In this document: one piece after another, positions 27,451 to 38,535 of the stretch
Numbering within the stretch: position 1 is the first letter of the stretch
How the letters are laid out: the number at the start of each line of letters is the position of its first letter
Assembly: GCA_963716175.1 (NCBI GenBank)
Contig: OY970296.1
Location: 3,840,001 to 3,904,000, forward strand
DNA length: 64,000 bases
DNA from: an uncultured Armatimonadetes bacterium
Lineage (GTDB): Bacteria > Armatimonadota > Hebobacteria > Hebobacterales > Hebobacteraceae
Reading direction: 5' to 3'
Made by a program: the position numbers and the translations under genes
Notes under the pieces: generated by a model
What the model was told of the DNA's origin: nothing
Seen by the model: only the letters and a program-made list of their open reading frames with translations
Database searches by the model: none

Positions 27451-29055
27451 TCAGAAGTCGAGAATGCTCTCAAACGCCTCCCGCCTCGCCTCCTCCACCA
27501 ATGGAATCCCGGTGACTTTGGCGCAGCGCTCCGTGAGTGAAGCCAGGTCGTCGCAGGAGAGCAGGTCCAGCCTCCACTTGCGGCAGCCCGCCAGCAGTTG
27601 TCGCAGCCCCACCGCCAGCCGATCCGTGAGGAAGGTGTGAACCCCGACCGCGGACCACGGGATCTCGCTGCCCACGGCATCGCCATAGCCGGCCCGCAGA
27701 TCTCCGCTGGTGATGAAGAACTGCTCTGGATCAGTCCCGTAGAGCTCGGCGAAGCTCTTCGGCAGCTTGCCCTCCGCCGCCAGGTCCACGAAGTAAGAGG
27801 CCTTCATCGCCGCCGTGATCGGCGCGCGGGCCATCCCGATCGCCTTCACCGCTGGCCCAGCGTCATCCCCGAAGTTGCTCATGGCGATCGCCTTGAACAC
27901 CTGGGTCTCGTTGACGAAGCCTCCGGCGATGGCGATGTCGGGCACGTGCTTGCCCTTCCGGCGCAGGATGCGCACCCCCTCCAGCACCTGGGCGAGCAGA
28001 TAGACGGTGGGAGTGGAGCATTCATTCATCATGGGCACCGGGCTCATCCCGGTTCCGCCGCCTGCCCCGTCGAAAGTCACCAGGTCAATCTTCGCCTGGG
28101 AGGCGCAGCGCAGGGTGAAGGCCACCACGCCCGGATGATAGGCCCCGGTCTTCAGGAACACGCGCTCCGCCCCCAGCTCCCGCAACCGGCCCACATCGGC
28201 TATGAAGGCCTGCTCCTCCGGCATCCCCACCCGGCTGTGGCGCTCGAAGCTGCGGAACACGCCCCGGTCGAAGGCCTCCTGCGTGGCCTTGTCCTCGGGA
28301 TCGGGAATCAGGATATAGCCGCGGCGTTTCAGTTCCAGCGCCTTGTCCAGGTCGGGCACCCGCACCTCGCCCCCGATCGCCTTTGCTCCCTGGCCCCACT
28401 TGCGCTCGATGATCCTGACGCCCAGCTCCTTGATGGCGTACTCGTCCACCCCGGAGCGGCAGTCCTCCACATTGGTCTGCACCACGATGTCGCCGTGTCT
28501 GCCATCCCAGTACTTCCGGTAAGTGGTGACGCGGTACTCCAGGTCCGGACAGCGCCTCACTTTCCCAGTGCCATTGTAGAGCGATCGGCTGTCCATCCCA
28601 CACACATTCTCGCCGATGGTCAAGATGATACCGGAGAGGGCGGCACCAATCGCCAGGCCGTCCCAGAACCGCCGCGCGACATCGGTGGAGCCGAGGCCGG
28701 GTATGGTGATGGGCAGCTTCAGGGGCACTCCCCCGGCCGTCGTGCTCAGGTCCACATTCGGGAACACCGCGGCATCCGAATCGGCCGCGATCCCTTGCGC
28801 CCCGATCACATCCACCTGGATCTGCAGGTCAGACCAGTTGAGCAGGTAGTCTTTGTTGGAGGCGGCAGTGCTGACCCCGAACCACTCCGGGCTGGGGTAC
28901 AACACCTCCCGACCCCGGAAAGCGGACTTGCCCACCTCGCACAGCACCGGGCAGTCGCGGATGCAGATGGGGCACATGCCCGAGACTGGGGAGGGATCGC
29001 GGGCCCGCAGGTTGGTCCCGCTGGTGGAGCGAGCATTCTCGTTGTACCAGGGCAT
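27451..29055 (-). CDS. Stand-alone FMN-binding glutamate synthase family protein with N-terminal Cys cluster
   Basis: CPICIRDCPVLCEVG, LGST, IGENVCG, KWGQGAK.IGGE, DGAGGGTGMSP, IAGGF; no amidotransferase domain. Confidence 0.82.
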   Translation of the reverse strand: MPWYNENARSTSGTNLRARDPSPVSGMCPICIRDCPVLCEVGKSAFRGREVLYPSPEWFGVSTAASNKDYLLNWSDLQIQVDVIGAQGIAADSDAAVFPNVDLSTTAGGVPLKLPITIPGLGSTDVARRFWDGLAIGAALSGIILTIGENVCGMDSRSLYNGTGKVRRCPDLEYRVTTYRKYWDGRHGDIVVQTNVEDCRSGVDEYAIKELGVRIIERKWGQGAKAIGGEVRVPDLDKALELKRRGYILIPDPEDKATQEAFDRGVFRSFERHSRVGMPEEQAFIADVGRLRELGAERVFLKTGAYHPGVVAFTLRCASQAKIDLVTFDGAGGGTGMSPVPMMNECSTPTVYLLAQVLEGVRILRRKGKHVPDIAIAGGFVNETQVFKAIAMSNFGDDAGPAVKAIGMARAPITAAMKASYFVDLAAEGKLPKSFAELYGTDPEQFFITSGDLRAGYGDAVGSEIPWSAVGVHTFLTDRLAVGLRQLLAGCRKWRLDLLSCDDLASLTERCAKVTGIPLVEEARREAFESILDF

Positions 29056-29105
29056 CAGCCGTCTCCTTCCGTGGAGGTTTGCCTGCTCGGTAGGCAGGCA
29101 CCAGC

Positions 29106-29160
29106 CGGCAACCTATTGCCGACCGTGGGGTATGATACCGCCTGGGGACCGAGAAGTCAA
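29106..29160 (-). promoter_or_regulatory. Promoter plus palindromic operator of the glutamate synthase gene
   Basis: Minus strand TTGACT (29160-29155)-17 nt-TATCAT (29137-29132), followed by the palindrome CGGCAA-N4-TTGCCG at 29106-29121. Confidence 0.6.
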
Positions 29161-29288
29161 GCAGTAAGCGCGCTGGCGCGCGCCCACTCCAGCTCCCCCA
29201 ACTCCGGGGTGCGACTGTCCTTGCAGCTTTGCGTCTGTCAACCGTCGCGTAGAGGCGGGATTCGCTCTGCCTGGAAGTCCGAGGCGCG

Positions 29289-29573
29289 ATGGAGCAACTG
29301 CCGCCGGAACTGGAGGAAAAGCGCCGGGACCTCGCCCGCGCTCTGGGCCGGCCGGTCTACGTGCGCGGCATTCGCACCCCTGACCCCGGGCTGCGCGGCA
29401 GGCTGCGAGTAGAGCGGCACCGGGTGCTGATCGAGTACCAGGTCGCCGAGAAGGGCTACTTCTGGCACATTCCCATCATCGAGGAGCTGCTGGCCCGCGC
29501 CGCCGCGGGCCAGCCGGCCGCCGAGCTGCGGGAGCCGGCGCCCGACGGCGAGGGAGAGCGGCCGGGAGGATGA
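29289..29573 (+). CDS. Hypothetical protein
   Basis: GAGG RBS and plausible composition (GYFWHIPIIEELL); its 3' end overlaps the lnt 3' end. Confidence 0.5.
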   Translation: MEQLPPELEEKRRDLARALGRPVYVRGIRTPDPGLRGRLRVERHRVLIEYQVAEKGYFWHIPIIEELLARAAAGQPAAELREPAPDGEGERPGG

Positions 29574-31065
29574 GATAGGCGATGGACAGCGCCACCATGA
29601 GCCAGGCGAAGCCCAACCCCCACCGCGGCTTCGCGGCGCCAGACTGAACCAGCCGGATCCTCGCCGAGAGCGCTTTCCGTTGGAACAGGCCGGCCTGGGC
29701 GACCACGCGGCCGTTGGGCGCGATGATGGACGAGATGCCGGTGCTGGCCGCGCGCAGCACCCACCGGCCCGTCTCCACTGCCCGCAGCACCGCGATCTGC
29801 TGGTGCTGGGCGGCGGCCGCGGTATGCCCGAACCAGGCGTCATTGGTGATGATCACCAGCACCTGGGCGCGGCGGCGGACCAGAGCCCAGGCCAGGTTCG
29901 GGAAACTGGACTCGAAGCAGATCATGGGCCCCACCGCGATGGTGCCGGCCTGCAGCACCCGCGGCACGGCCGCAGCCGCGAAGTCCTGATCGCGGATATG
30001 ATACCGCTTGAGGAAAGGCAGCCACGACCGCCCGGGCACGTACTCGCCGAAGGGCACCAATTGCACTTTGTCATAGCGCGCGGTGAGATTGCCAGTAGGC
30101 GAGTAGAGATAGGCGGAGTTGTAGGCCCGCCCCCGCTGGTCATAGTAGGGCCCGCCGGCCAGCAGCCAGGCGTCGGAGGCGCGGGCGATCTGGGCCAACC
30201 TTGCGGCGATCCAGGGCTGGGCCTCCGGCGCGCCCGGGATGGTGCTCTCCGGCCAGACCATCAGCGCGGGTCGCGCTTTCGTTGCCTTCATGGTCAGGGA
30301 TTGGTAGATATCGAGAGTCTGCTTCTGCTCCCGTGCGGTGAGAGGGACGTTCACCTCCTTGGCCAACAGCGGGCCATGCGCGCTCCCCTGGATCACCGCG
30401 GCCTGAATCTCCGGACCTGCTAGGGCCGCCGGCCTCTTCACCCAGGCGCGCGCCCCCAGCAGGCCGGCCGCGGTCAGACCGCAGCCGGCCGCGGCCAGAG
30501 CCAATGAGCGCCATGCCTCCCCCCGCATGGTGCCGATCACCATCTCCGCCACCGCCGCGTTCACCAGCGCGATGAGGAAGGAAAGCCCAAGCGTGCCGGC
30601 CAGGCGAGCGGTCGGCAGCAGCGCGAGCGCCGGGCTCTGGCTGTAGCCCAGCCATCCCCAGGTAAACCCGAACTCCCCCAGCCCCCGCATCCACTCCACC
30701 CCGCACCACAGCACCGCCGCCCCGATCAGACGCGGCAGCGGCCCCAGCGAACCGATCCATCGCACCGATATTCCCCACACCATCAGCCACAGGGCGAGCG
30801 CCGCCGCGGCCAGCAGCCACACTGAAATCCCGAAAAGGTAGAGCCAGTAGAGCAAAGCGGCAAAGAATACCAGCCCGCCCACCCAGCTCCCCAGCAGCGA
30901 GGCCCAGCCGCGACCGGTGCGCAGCGCGACCAGCCAGGGGACAAGTGCGACCCAGGCCAGGAACCAGAACCCGGCGGGGGGGAAGCAGAGGCTGAGCAGC
31001 AGGCCGGAGAGGGCACAGAGAATGAGGCTGCCGCGGAGGGACAAGGTTGTGCGATGCGCTGGCAA
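29476..31065 (-). CDS. lnt: Apolipoprotein N-acyltransferase
   Basis: N-terminal TM helices, WPES, YNSA, YDKVQLVPFGEYVP, ICFES, ITNDAWF, RAVETGR, RAASTGIS. Confidence 0.92.
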   Translation of the reverse strand: MPAHRTTLSLRGSLILCALSGLLLSLCFPPAGFWFLAWVALVPWLVALRTGRGWASLLGSWVGGLVFFAALLYWLYLFGISVWLLAAAALALWLMVWGISVRWIGSLGPLPRLIGAAVLWCGVEWMRGLGEFGFTWGWLGYSQSPALALLPTARLAGTLGLSFLIALVNAAVAEMVIGTMRGEAWRSLALAAAGCGLTAAGLLGARAWVKRPAALAGPEIQAAVIQGSAHGPLLAKEVNVPLTAREQKQTLDIYQSLTMKATKARPALMVWPESTIPGAPEAQPWIAARLAQIARASDAWLLAGGPYYDQRGRAYNSAYLYSPTGNLTARYDKVQLVPFGEYVPGRSWLPFLKRYHIRDQDFAAAAVPRVLQAGTIAVGPMICFESSFPNLAWALVRRRAQVLVIITNDAWFGHTAAAAQHQQIAVLRAVETGRWVLRAASTGISSIIAPNGRVVAQAGLFQRKALSARIRLVQSGAAKPRWGLGFAWLMVALSIAYLILPAALPRRRAPAPAARRPAGPRRRGPAAPR

Positions 31066-31270
31066 GTTGCTCGCTCCGCGGCCCTATAGCCGTGTTGGGG
31101 TCAGGATAGGCGGATTATAGCTCATCGCCTGGGGGACCGCAACTCGGGGGGCTAGCAGGAAGGCAGTCCGCGAATGGAACCCGTGGCGCTCCCCGTAAGT
31201 CCAAGAGGTCGAGGGGGAGGAGGGCACGCCTTCGCAGGCGAACGGAGATGGAGGGAACCGGAGGGGACTC

Positions 31271-33103
31271 ATGAGACGCCACTCGTGTCTGGCTCTGGTG
31301 CCGTGCCTGGTGTGCTTGCTGGTCGGCGCTGCCCGCGGCGCCGGCATTGAACGGGTCAGCTTAGACACTTTGGACCAGCAGATGATGACGAACTCCCATG
31401 ACTGCGCCATCAGCGCCGATGGCCGGTTTGTGGCCTTCTCCGCCTGCCCGGTGGACCCGGCCCGCTACTGGGCCGCGTGCTATCAGATCTGGGTGCGCGA
31501 TCGCCAGCACGGGACTACGGCGTGCGTGAGCACCAACTACCAGGGACAGCCTGGCAATGCCGATTCTTTCCGCGTGTCCCTCAGCGCCGACGGACGGTTC
31601 GTGGCTTTCAGCTCTCGCGCCTCGGATTTGGTCTTGGGCGATACCAATGAGGACTGGGACGTCTTCGTGCGCGACCGGCAGACCGGGACCACCGAGCGGG
31701 TGAGCGTGGGTCACGAGTCTCAGCAAGGGGACGGCGGCTGCTTCGACGGTGTCATCAGCGCCGACGGCAGATTCGTCGCCTTCGTCTCCTATGCCTCCAA
31801 CCTGGTGCCAGGCGACGGCAACAGCACATCGGACGTGTTCGTGCGCAACCGCGAGACCGGCGCCCTCGAGCTGGTCAGTGTGAGCGACACCGGCGAGCAG
31901 GACAACATCGGCGCCATGACTTGCGCCATCAACGCCGATGGCCGCTACGTGGCCTTTCGCTCCAATGGTTCCACTCTCGTTCCCGGCGACAGCAACCAGT
32001 CCGAAGACGTGTTCGTGCGAGACCGGGCCCTGGGCAGCACCGAGCGGGTCAATGTGGGCAGCTTAGGCGAGGAGGCGAACGGCCCCTGCTATGATGACAT
32101 CGCCATCAGCGCCGACGGCCGGTTTGTGGTGTTCAAATCGGTGGCCACCAATCTGGTGCCCAATGACAGCAATGACGCCGCCGACATCTTCCTGCGCGAC
32201 CGAGCGGGCGGTATCACGGAGCTGATCAGCGTCAACTCTGCGGGAGAGCAGGCTCCCAACGACTGCAGCGGCGCCGCCGTGAGCGCGGATGGACGGTTCG
32301 TGGTCTTCGCCTGGGCTCCCGGCGTAACCGTGGAGCCCACCGACTGGAACATCTTCGTGCGCGACCGCCAGTCCAAGCTTACGCTGCGCGTGAGCGTGGA
32401 TCCGTCGGGGGAGCCTGCGAACCGCCCCTCCTCGTACTTCGCCATCACCCCTGACGGGCGCTACATCGCATTCGTCTCCGAAGCCTCTAATCTCGTGCCC
32501 GATGACACCAATGGCTGCATGGATGTCTTCCTGCGGGACGTGCTCACTTTCGATGATCTGTCCTTCGACTACTGGGCCTTTCCACAGATCAAGGCCTGCG
32601 CGGACGCGGCGGTGGTGAGCGGCTACTCGGATGCTACCTACCATCCCGCCGAACTGGTCTCGCGCGACCAGATGGCGGCCTACCTCGCTCGCGCCCTGGC
32701 TGGTGGCGACGGCAATGTCCCGCCGGGGCCAGCGGCGGCCTCCTTCCAGGATGTGGCCGCTGACCACTGGGCCTATCGGTACGTCGAGTACGCGGTGAGC
32801 CAGTCGGTGGTGCAGGGCTACGACCCGACACACTATCAGCCCGATCTGGCAGTTGACCGGGGCCAGATGGCGGTCTTCGTCGCCCGGGCTAAGGGATGGG
32901 TGAAGATGGGCGAGGACATGACCGTCGCGCCGCAGCTCTTCCCCGATGTCCCGGCCGGCTTCTGGGCGGGCGCTGCGATCGAGGCCTGCGTGGCCCACGG
33001 GGTGGTGGAGGGCTATGACGATGGCTACTACCGGCCCGATGCCCAGGTGACCCGCGACCAGATGGCGGTCTACGTGGCGCGAGCATTCGCGCTGCAGCCC
33101 TAG
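31271..33103 (+). CDS. Secreted TolB/PD40-like beta-propeller protein with C-terminal SLH domains
   Basis: Repeats ISADGRFVAF.S.ASNLV.GD.N...DVFVRDR..G.TE.VSV, then three SLH repeats. Confidence 0.85.
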   Translation: MRRHSCLALVPCLVCLLVGAARGAGIERVSLDTLDQQMMTNSHDCAISADGRFVAFSACPVDPARYWAACYQIWVRDRQHGTTACVSTNYQGQPGNADSFRVSLSADGRFVAFSSRASDLVLGDTNEDWDVFVRDRQTGTTERVSVGHESQQGDGGCFDGVISADGRFVAFVSYASNLVPGDGNSTSDVFVRNRETGALELVSVSDTGEQDNIGAMTCAINADGRYVAFRSNGSTLVPGDSNQSEDVFVRDRALGSTERVNVGSLGEEANGPCYDDIAISADGRFVVFKSVATNLVPNDSNDAADIFLRDRAGGITELISVNSAGEQAPNDCSGAAVSADGRFVVFAWAPGVTVEPTDWNIFVRDRQSKLTLRVSVDPSGEPANRPSSYFAITPDGRYIAFVSEASNLVPDDTNGCMDVFLRDVLTFDDLSFDYWAFPQIKACADAAVVSGYSDATYHPAELVSRDQMAAYLARALAGGDGNVPPGPAAASFQDVAADHWAYRYVEYAVSQSVVQGYDPTHYQPDLAVDRGQMAVFVARAKGWVKMGEDMTVAPQLFPDVPAGFWAGAAIEACVAHGVVEGYDDGYYRPDAQVTRDQMAVYVARAFALQP

Positions 33104-33123
33104 GCCCGCCCCGCGCCTGTGGT

Positions 33124-33152
33124 TTGCTCTCCCGCGGTTCCTTCGCTATAAT
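33124..33152 (+). promoter_or_regulatory. Sigma70-type promoter for ftsE, near-leaderless
   Basis: TTGCTC-17 nt-TATAAT, 8 nt before the ATG, no Shine-Dalgarno sequence. Confidence 0.55.
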
Positions 33153-33160
33153 CGCCTATC

Positions 33161-33895
<735 letters not shown>

Positions 33896-33945
33896 AGGCT
33901 GCAACACGCGCCGCGCACGTCGCGTCCATCTGCGAAGGTGAGCAT

Positions 33946-34860
33946 ATGATCTGGGACGAGGTTGAGTTCGTCTTCAAGGAGACCGCCCTGCAGCTCAGGC
34001 GGGAGCGGCTGATCGCCATCGCCACTGTCTCCACCGTGGCCGTCTTGCTGCTGCTGCTGGGCGCGCTGGTGCTGTTCCATCTCAACCTCCGGCTCTGGAC
34101 CGACCGTATGGCCCAAGAACTCGAGGTGAGGGCCTACTTCGGCAGGAGCGTGCCCCGGGCCCAGGCGCTGGCGGCAACCAAGGAGATTGCCACCTGGGAG
34201 GAAGTGGTCTCGGCCCGGTTCGTCCCCAAGGAGGAGGGGCTCAAGCTGATGCGCCGCTACCTGCCCAGCAGCTCTTCCCTGCGCGCCATCGGCAACCCCC
34301 TCCCGGACGGGGTCCAGGTCCGGGTGCGGGACCCCCGCCTGGTGGGGACTGTGGCGGCGCGCCTGGCGGCACGCCGGGAGATCAAGGACGTGCTCCCCAG
34401 CCCGGGTGGCGTGGCGCGGGAGGACAGCCTGGTGCAGCGTGTGATCCAGGCCAAACGGGTGATGTCGTGGGCGAGTGCCATTATCGCCGCGCTGGTGGCG
34501 ACGGCCGGCCTGTTCATCGTGCACAATACTATCCGCCTGGCGCTGCACGCACGCTGGCGGGAGATCTACGTCATGCAGCTAGTGGGGGCTACCCGGGCAC
34601 TGGTGGCTGCGCCCTTTCTGCTCGAGGGTCTGACGCACGGGTTGCTCGGGTCTGCCCTCGCTGCCTGCCTGCTCATCCCAGCGCACATGTACCTGCGCAG
34701 CCTCTCCGCCCACTCCGCCCCTTTCTTCCTGCTCATGCCCGACCGGGACATGCTGCCGTTCGGGCTCTGTCTGCTGCTCACCGGTGCCCTGCTGGGCCTC
34801 ACCGGGAGCGCGGTCTCGCTTCGCCGCTTCCTGCGCCGCCGGCCAGAATGGCAGACTTGA
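33946..34860 (+). CDS. ftsX: Cell division permease FtsX
   Basis: NPLPD, NTIRLAL.AR..EI.VMQLVGAT...APFLLEG. Confidence 0.88.
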   Translation: MIWDEVEFVFKETALQLRRERLIAIATVSTVAVLLLLLGALVLFHLNLRLWTDRMAQELEVRAYFGRSVPRAQALAATKEIATWEEVVSARFVPKEEGLKLMRRYLPSSSSLRAIGNPLPDGVQVRVRDPRLVGTVAARLAARREIKDVLPSPGGVAREDSLVQRVIQAKRVMSWASAIIAALVATAGLFIVHNTIRLALHARWREIYVMQLVGATRALVAAPFLLEGLTHGLLGSALAACLLIPAHMYLRSLSAHSAPFFLLMPDRDMLPFGLCLLLTGALLGLTGSAVSLRRFLRRRPEWQT

Positions 34861-34934
34861 CCTGAGGGGTGCCGCGCCACAGGTGTCGCTCCTCCCAACT
34901 GGCGGCTTGCGGCGGCTCCACGCCGCGGTTCGTC

Positions 34935-34963
34935 TTGACACCCCGTGCGCCGCCGGCTATATT
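34935..34963 (+). promoter_or_regulatory. Sigma70-type promoter for tlpA-ccdA
   Basis: TTGACA-17 nt-TATATT. Confidence 0.6.
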
Positions 34964-34996
34964 CGCGATGCTGTCAATGTGGTGCGAGGAGATACG

Positions 34997-35539
34997 ATGG
35001 TGAGAGGCACGATTGCAGCCTGTGGTCTGATCGCGTTCGCCCTTGTCATTTCCGGCTGCGGCAGGCCCGCGCCCGCCCGGCTGGCAGCGGAACGGCCGCA
35101 ACCCTCCCGGCCCGTCAGTGCTCAGGAGGTGGCCCGCGAAGGCGGAGTCGCGCCGGACTTCTCCTTCACCACCCTGGATGGCAAGACCATCAAGCTCTCC
35201 GATCTCAAGGGGAAGCCGGTGGTGCTCAACTTCTGGGCCTCCTGGTGCCACTACTGCCTGGGTGAGGCGCCGGATCTGGAGGCTCTCTATGAGAAGTACG
35301 GCCCGCAAGGCCTCCAGATGCTCGGCGTGGGCACGGACGACCCGGCCGCGCTCAAGCGGAAGGCCGAAGAGCTGAAGCTGACCTATGCCATTGGCTCGGA
35401 ACCGAACGCGGCAAAGCTGTACGGGGTCAATGGCATTCCGCACACCTTCTTCATCGGCCGTGACCGGAAGATCGTAAAATCGCTGGTCGGTGCCGCGCCC
35501 CGCGCCGAGTTGGAAGCCCAAGTCAAGAAGATTCTGTGA
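34997..35539 (+). CDS. TlpA/ResA-like thiol-disulfide oxidoreductase lipoprotein
   Basis: Lipobox ISGC, APDF, VLNFWASWCHYC, GIPHTFFI. Confidence 0.88.
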   Translation: MVRGTIAACGLIAFALVISGCGRPAPARLAAERPQPSRPVSAQEVAREGGVAPDFSFTTLDGKTIKLSDLKGKPVVLNFWASWCHYCLGEAPDLEALYEKYGPQGLQMLGVGTDDPAALKRKAEELKLTYAIGSEPNAAKLYGVNGIPHTFFIGRDRKIVKSLVGAAPRAELEAQVKKIL

Positions 35540-36255
35540 TGGAGCCGGCGGCGCACGCGAGCTGGATCGTGGCCGTGGTGGCCGGCCTGCTCTCCTTCAT
35601 CTCGCCCTGCATCCTGCCCCTCATCCCCGCCTACCTCTCCATGATCTCCGGGCTGTCCATGGAGCAGCTTGAGGAGCGCCGCGGCCATCTCGCCCGCGTT
35701 TTCCTCTCCTGTGTGCTCTTCATCGCCGGGTTCAGCCTCGTGTTCATCCTGGTGTTCGGGGGCTTTGCCGCGGTGCTGGGCCACTGGCTGCGCGAGCGCG
35801 TGGTCATCTTCAATGTGGTCCTGGGCCTGGTGGTCATCGTCTTCGGCCTGTTCGTGCTGAATGTGGTCAAGTTGCCGTTCCTCTACCAGGACCGAAGGTT
35901 CCGGCTGCAGCGGGGTGCGGTGGGCCTGTGGGCCGCGCCACTGCTGGGGATAGTATTCGGTCTGGGCTGGACCCCGTGCATCGGGCCCTGGCTGGCAGCT
36001 CTCCTCACCATCGCCGCCAATCTGCCGACCCACCAGGGCCTGGCGCTCTTCGGCATCTACAGCCTCAGCCTGGGCGTGTGCTTCCTCGCCGCGGGCATGC
36101 TCTTCGCCTATGCCCTCAAGACCTTCTCGTTTCTGCAGCGCCACTACCGGGTGATCGAGGTGATCAGCGGGGCGCTGCTCATCCTGATCGGCCTCCTGCT
36201 CATCACCCAGCGCTGGGAGCGCGCCTCCGCCTGGCTGATGCGGCCCTTCGGGTAG
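35539..36255 (+). CDS. ccdA: Cytochrome c biogenesis protein CcdA
   Basis: AGLLSFISPCILPLIPAY, FGLGWTPCIGP; six TM helices. Confidence 0.9.
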   Translation: MEPAAHASWIVAVVAGLLSFISPCILPLIPAYLSMISGLSMEQLEERRGHLARVFLSCVLFIAGFSLVFILVFGGFAAVLGHWLRERVVIFNVVLGLVVIVFGLFVLNVVKLPFLYQDRRFRLQRGAVGLWAAPLLGIVFGLGWTPCIGPWLAALLTIAANLPTHQGLALFGIYSLSLGVCFLAAGMLFAYALKTFSFLQRHYRVIEVISGALLILIGLLLITQRWERASAWLMRPFG

Positions 36256-36406
36256 CGGCTGACCCCGCGTGGGAGCGGCTAGGTCGGCTGAGCCGACCGC
36301 CGTGGCGGCCTCGACAGCGACGAGGCCTAGCCACCCGGTCCTCCGGGCGATAGCACGGCGTGCCCGAGAGTCGCCCCGGGGACGGGGCTCCCACAAGCGC
36401 GTAGGG

Positions 36407-37186
36407 CTAGAAGTTCTTCTTCAGGAAGGCCAGGTTCTGGGCCGCCGCGCCCGATGGGTCGTCAGTGGCCGGGGTCTCCAGCACCAGGTAGCGATCGTAC
36501 CCGATCTTCTTCAGCGCGGCCGCCACCGCGGCCATGTCCAGCCTCCCCTCCCCCAGGTGCTGGCCGCCCGGGTCCTTGGCGTGCACCTGCACGATCCGCT
36601 GGCCCAGCTTTGCGATCTCCGCCACCGGGTCTCCGCCCAGGGAGAGACCATTGCCGAAGTCATAGTAGACCTGGACATACTGCGAGCCCACCCCCTCCAC
36701 GATCTTGAGCAGAGCCTCCGCGGTCTTCCCGCATCCTCGCCCCACGTTCTCGACCGCCAGCGTGACCTTGCTCTTCTCGGCTGATGGCGCCGCCTTCTTC
36801 AGTTCCTGAATCCAGCTCGCCCTCGCCGCTTCTTCCTCTTCCCCCTGCGTGCCCGGCGTCACCGGCACCAGGATCACCTTCGCCCCCAGCTCCGCGCACC
36901 AGCGGATGGCATCCGCGGTGAAGCCCTGGGCCCGCTCCCGCACCGCGGCTTCCGGGTTGGCGAAGCTGTAGGTCCAGAACGTGCCCAGGCAGATCGAGGC
37001 CAGCTCCAGCTTCGCTCCTGACAGCAGGCGCTTGATCTCTTGCCTGCCAGCTGCTTGCCAGAGCATGTTCTCGGCGTAGTCTTTGCCCACATCCAGCTCG
37101 ACGCCATCGAACCCGATCTTGCCGCAGGCCTGGATGATCTCCGGGTAGCTGCCCGGCATGGAACTGCTCATCAGCCCGTATCTCAT
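36407..37186 (-). CDS. Sugar phosphate isomerase/epimerase (xylose isomerase-like TIM barrel)
   Basis: GFDGVEL, LAVENV, YYDFGN, VHAKD, LGEG, LVLE. Confidence 0.85.
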   Translation of the reverse strand: MRYGLMSSSMPGSYPEIIQACGKIGFDGVELDVGKDYAENMLWQAAGRQEIKRLLSGAKLELASICLGTFWTYSFANPEAAVRERAQGFTADAIRWCAELGAKVILVPVTPGTQGEEEEAARASWIQELKKAAPSAEKSKVTLAVENVGRGCGKTAEALLKIVEGVGSQYVQVYYDFGNGLSLGGDPVAEIAKLGQRIVQVHAKDPGGQHLGEGRLDMAAVAAALKKIGYDRYLVLETPATDDPSGAAAQNLAFLKKNF

Positions 37187-37307
37187 CGTCCACCTCCTCC
37201 GTCAGAGTCGCTCACCTGCTGTGGGTCACCTGATGATGCTCGCACAGGGAAGTAATGTGCGAGCATCGCTCTGCGCCTCTCTGGCCCGCTTCTTGAGCTT
37301 CGCCGTG

Positions 37308-38120
37308 TCACTTCATTCGGCGAAGCTCTTTGGAGGCCGCTCGCTTGCTTTGAATCGCCTGCAGCGCGGCGCCGAAGGTCTCCTTGGCCTCCTCCGGCGT
37401 GGCCAGCCCGACCACCACCAGATCCACCTCCGGCCGGCCCAGGGTGTAGGCCATCCCCTCATCCGGAGGCACGCGGGCCATCGCCAGTGGTTTCATCCCC
37501 ACCACCACCTTGTCGGTCGCGGCCAGCGCCGCCAGGGCGGCTTTGCGGGACGGCCGCATGTGCCATCCGACCTTGTTGACCGGCGTGTTGATCACCACCG
37601 TATCATGTCCGGCCATGGCCGGCACGGTGTCTCCCGCGTTGTGGGTGGAGGCGCCCGGCGCCAGTCCCAGGTCTCTCATGCGCGCCATGTGCTCGGCGAA
37701 CTCGGGCGCGAAGTCCCGTGTCTCCGGCCGATAGAGCTTGTCGGTCACTTGCCCGTGAAGCAGCCCGACCTGGGCGCGTGCGCGCTTCAGCAGCTCGGTC
37801 TTCTGCTCGAAACCCGGGGTGAGGATGGCGAAGGTGGGAATCTGCATCCCGAGGGCCTCGGATTCCTCGGCGAGGGCGTTGATGATCATCTCCTGGCGGA
37901 GATGATCGAGGGAAAGCATCATCCCCCTCGCGCCCGCCTCCAGAGCGGCGCGGATCACCTCCGCGATGCGCCTCTGGTCGGCGAACCTCTCCTCGTATTC
38001 GCTCGCCCGCGCCTTGCTGTAATAGCAGTAACCCAGGAATGGGTTATGGCCCAGGATCACCCGGCTGAAGGCGCGACCCTCAACCAGCACTTGGGGGAAC
38101 ACATCTGCCGCGACGGCCAT
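37308..38120 (-). CDS. Hypothetical protein, aldo/keto-reductase-like fold
   Basis: SRVILGHNPF, PGASTH, GMKPLA, VVVG; codon usage consistent with coding. Confidence 0.55.
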   Translation of the reverse strand: MAVAADVFPQVLVEGRAFSRVILGHNPFLGYCYYSKARASEYEERFADQRRIAEVIRAALEAGARGMMLSLDHLRQEMIINALAEESEALGMQIPTFAILTPGFEQKTELLKRARAQVGLLHGQVTDKLYRPETRDFAPEFAEHMARMRDLGLAPGASTHNAGDTVPAMAGHDTVVINTPVNKVGWHMRPSRKAALAALAATDKVVVGMKPLAMARVPPDEGMAYTLGRPEVDLVVVGLATPEEAKETFGAALQAIQSKRAASKELRRMK

Positions 38121-38535
38121 GCTCGCTCTGCTCCTGCTATCGCTGTTCGCGCATCGAAGTGGCAGACATGGGGCCCGATCTGCCCTCTCGCGACCACTCC
38201 GCGGGGCTTCGCCATTACCTCATGTGGCGACACCCAATACGCACTGGCGCGGAGATTCGGCGCCTCCGCGCCTGCGTCCTTCTTCCTCGTGATCTGTCCC
38301 GGCCAGGCCGCGCCGCCGGCCGGGAACCGGGCCACAGGAACTGTGCAGCCCGGCGCTGAACTCTGCCACCGGGCGGAGCCGTGATGCCCCACGGGCCGAT
38401 GCCAAGGAGCAGGAGAAGCTGGACCCCGATCTCGCCACCCGTGCCGCGGCCTCGCTGCGACAGGCCCGCGCCACGTATGCCCTGGGGATAGACGAGATCG
38501 CGCACGCGCTGCGCGCGATCAACGCGCAGTGATGC

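Noticed and set aside
38340-38532. Short protein-like stretch (ADAKEQEKLDPDLATRAAASLRQARATYALGIDEIAHALRAINAQ*) on the plus strand
   Set aside because: It may be a gene remnant, but I see no clear start or recognisable family, so it is not called.
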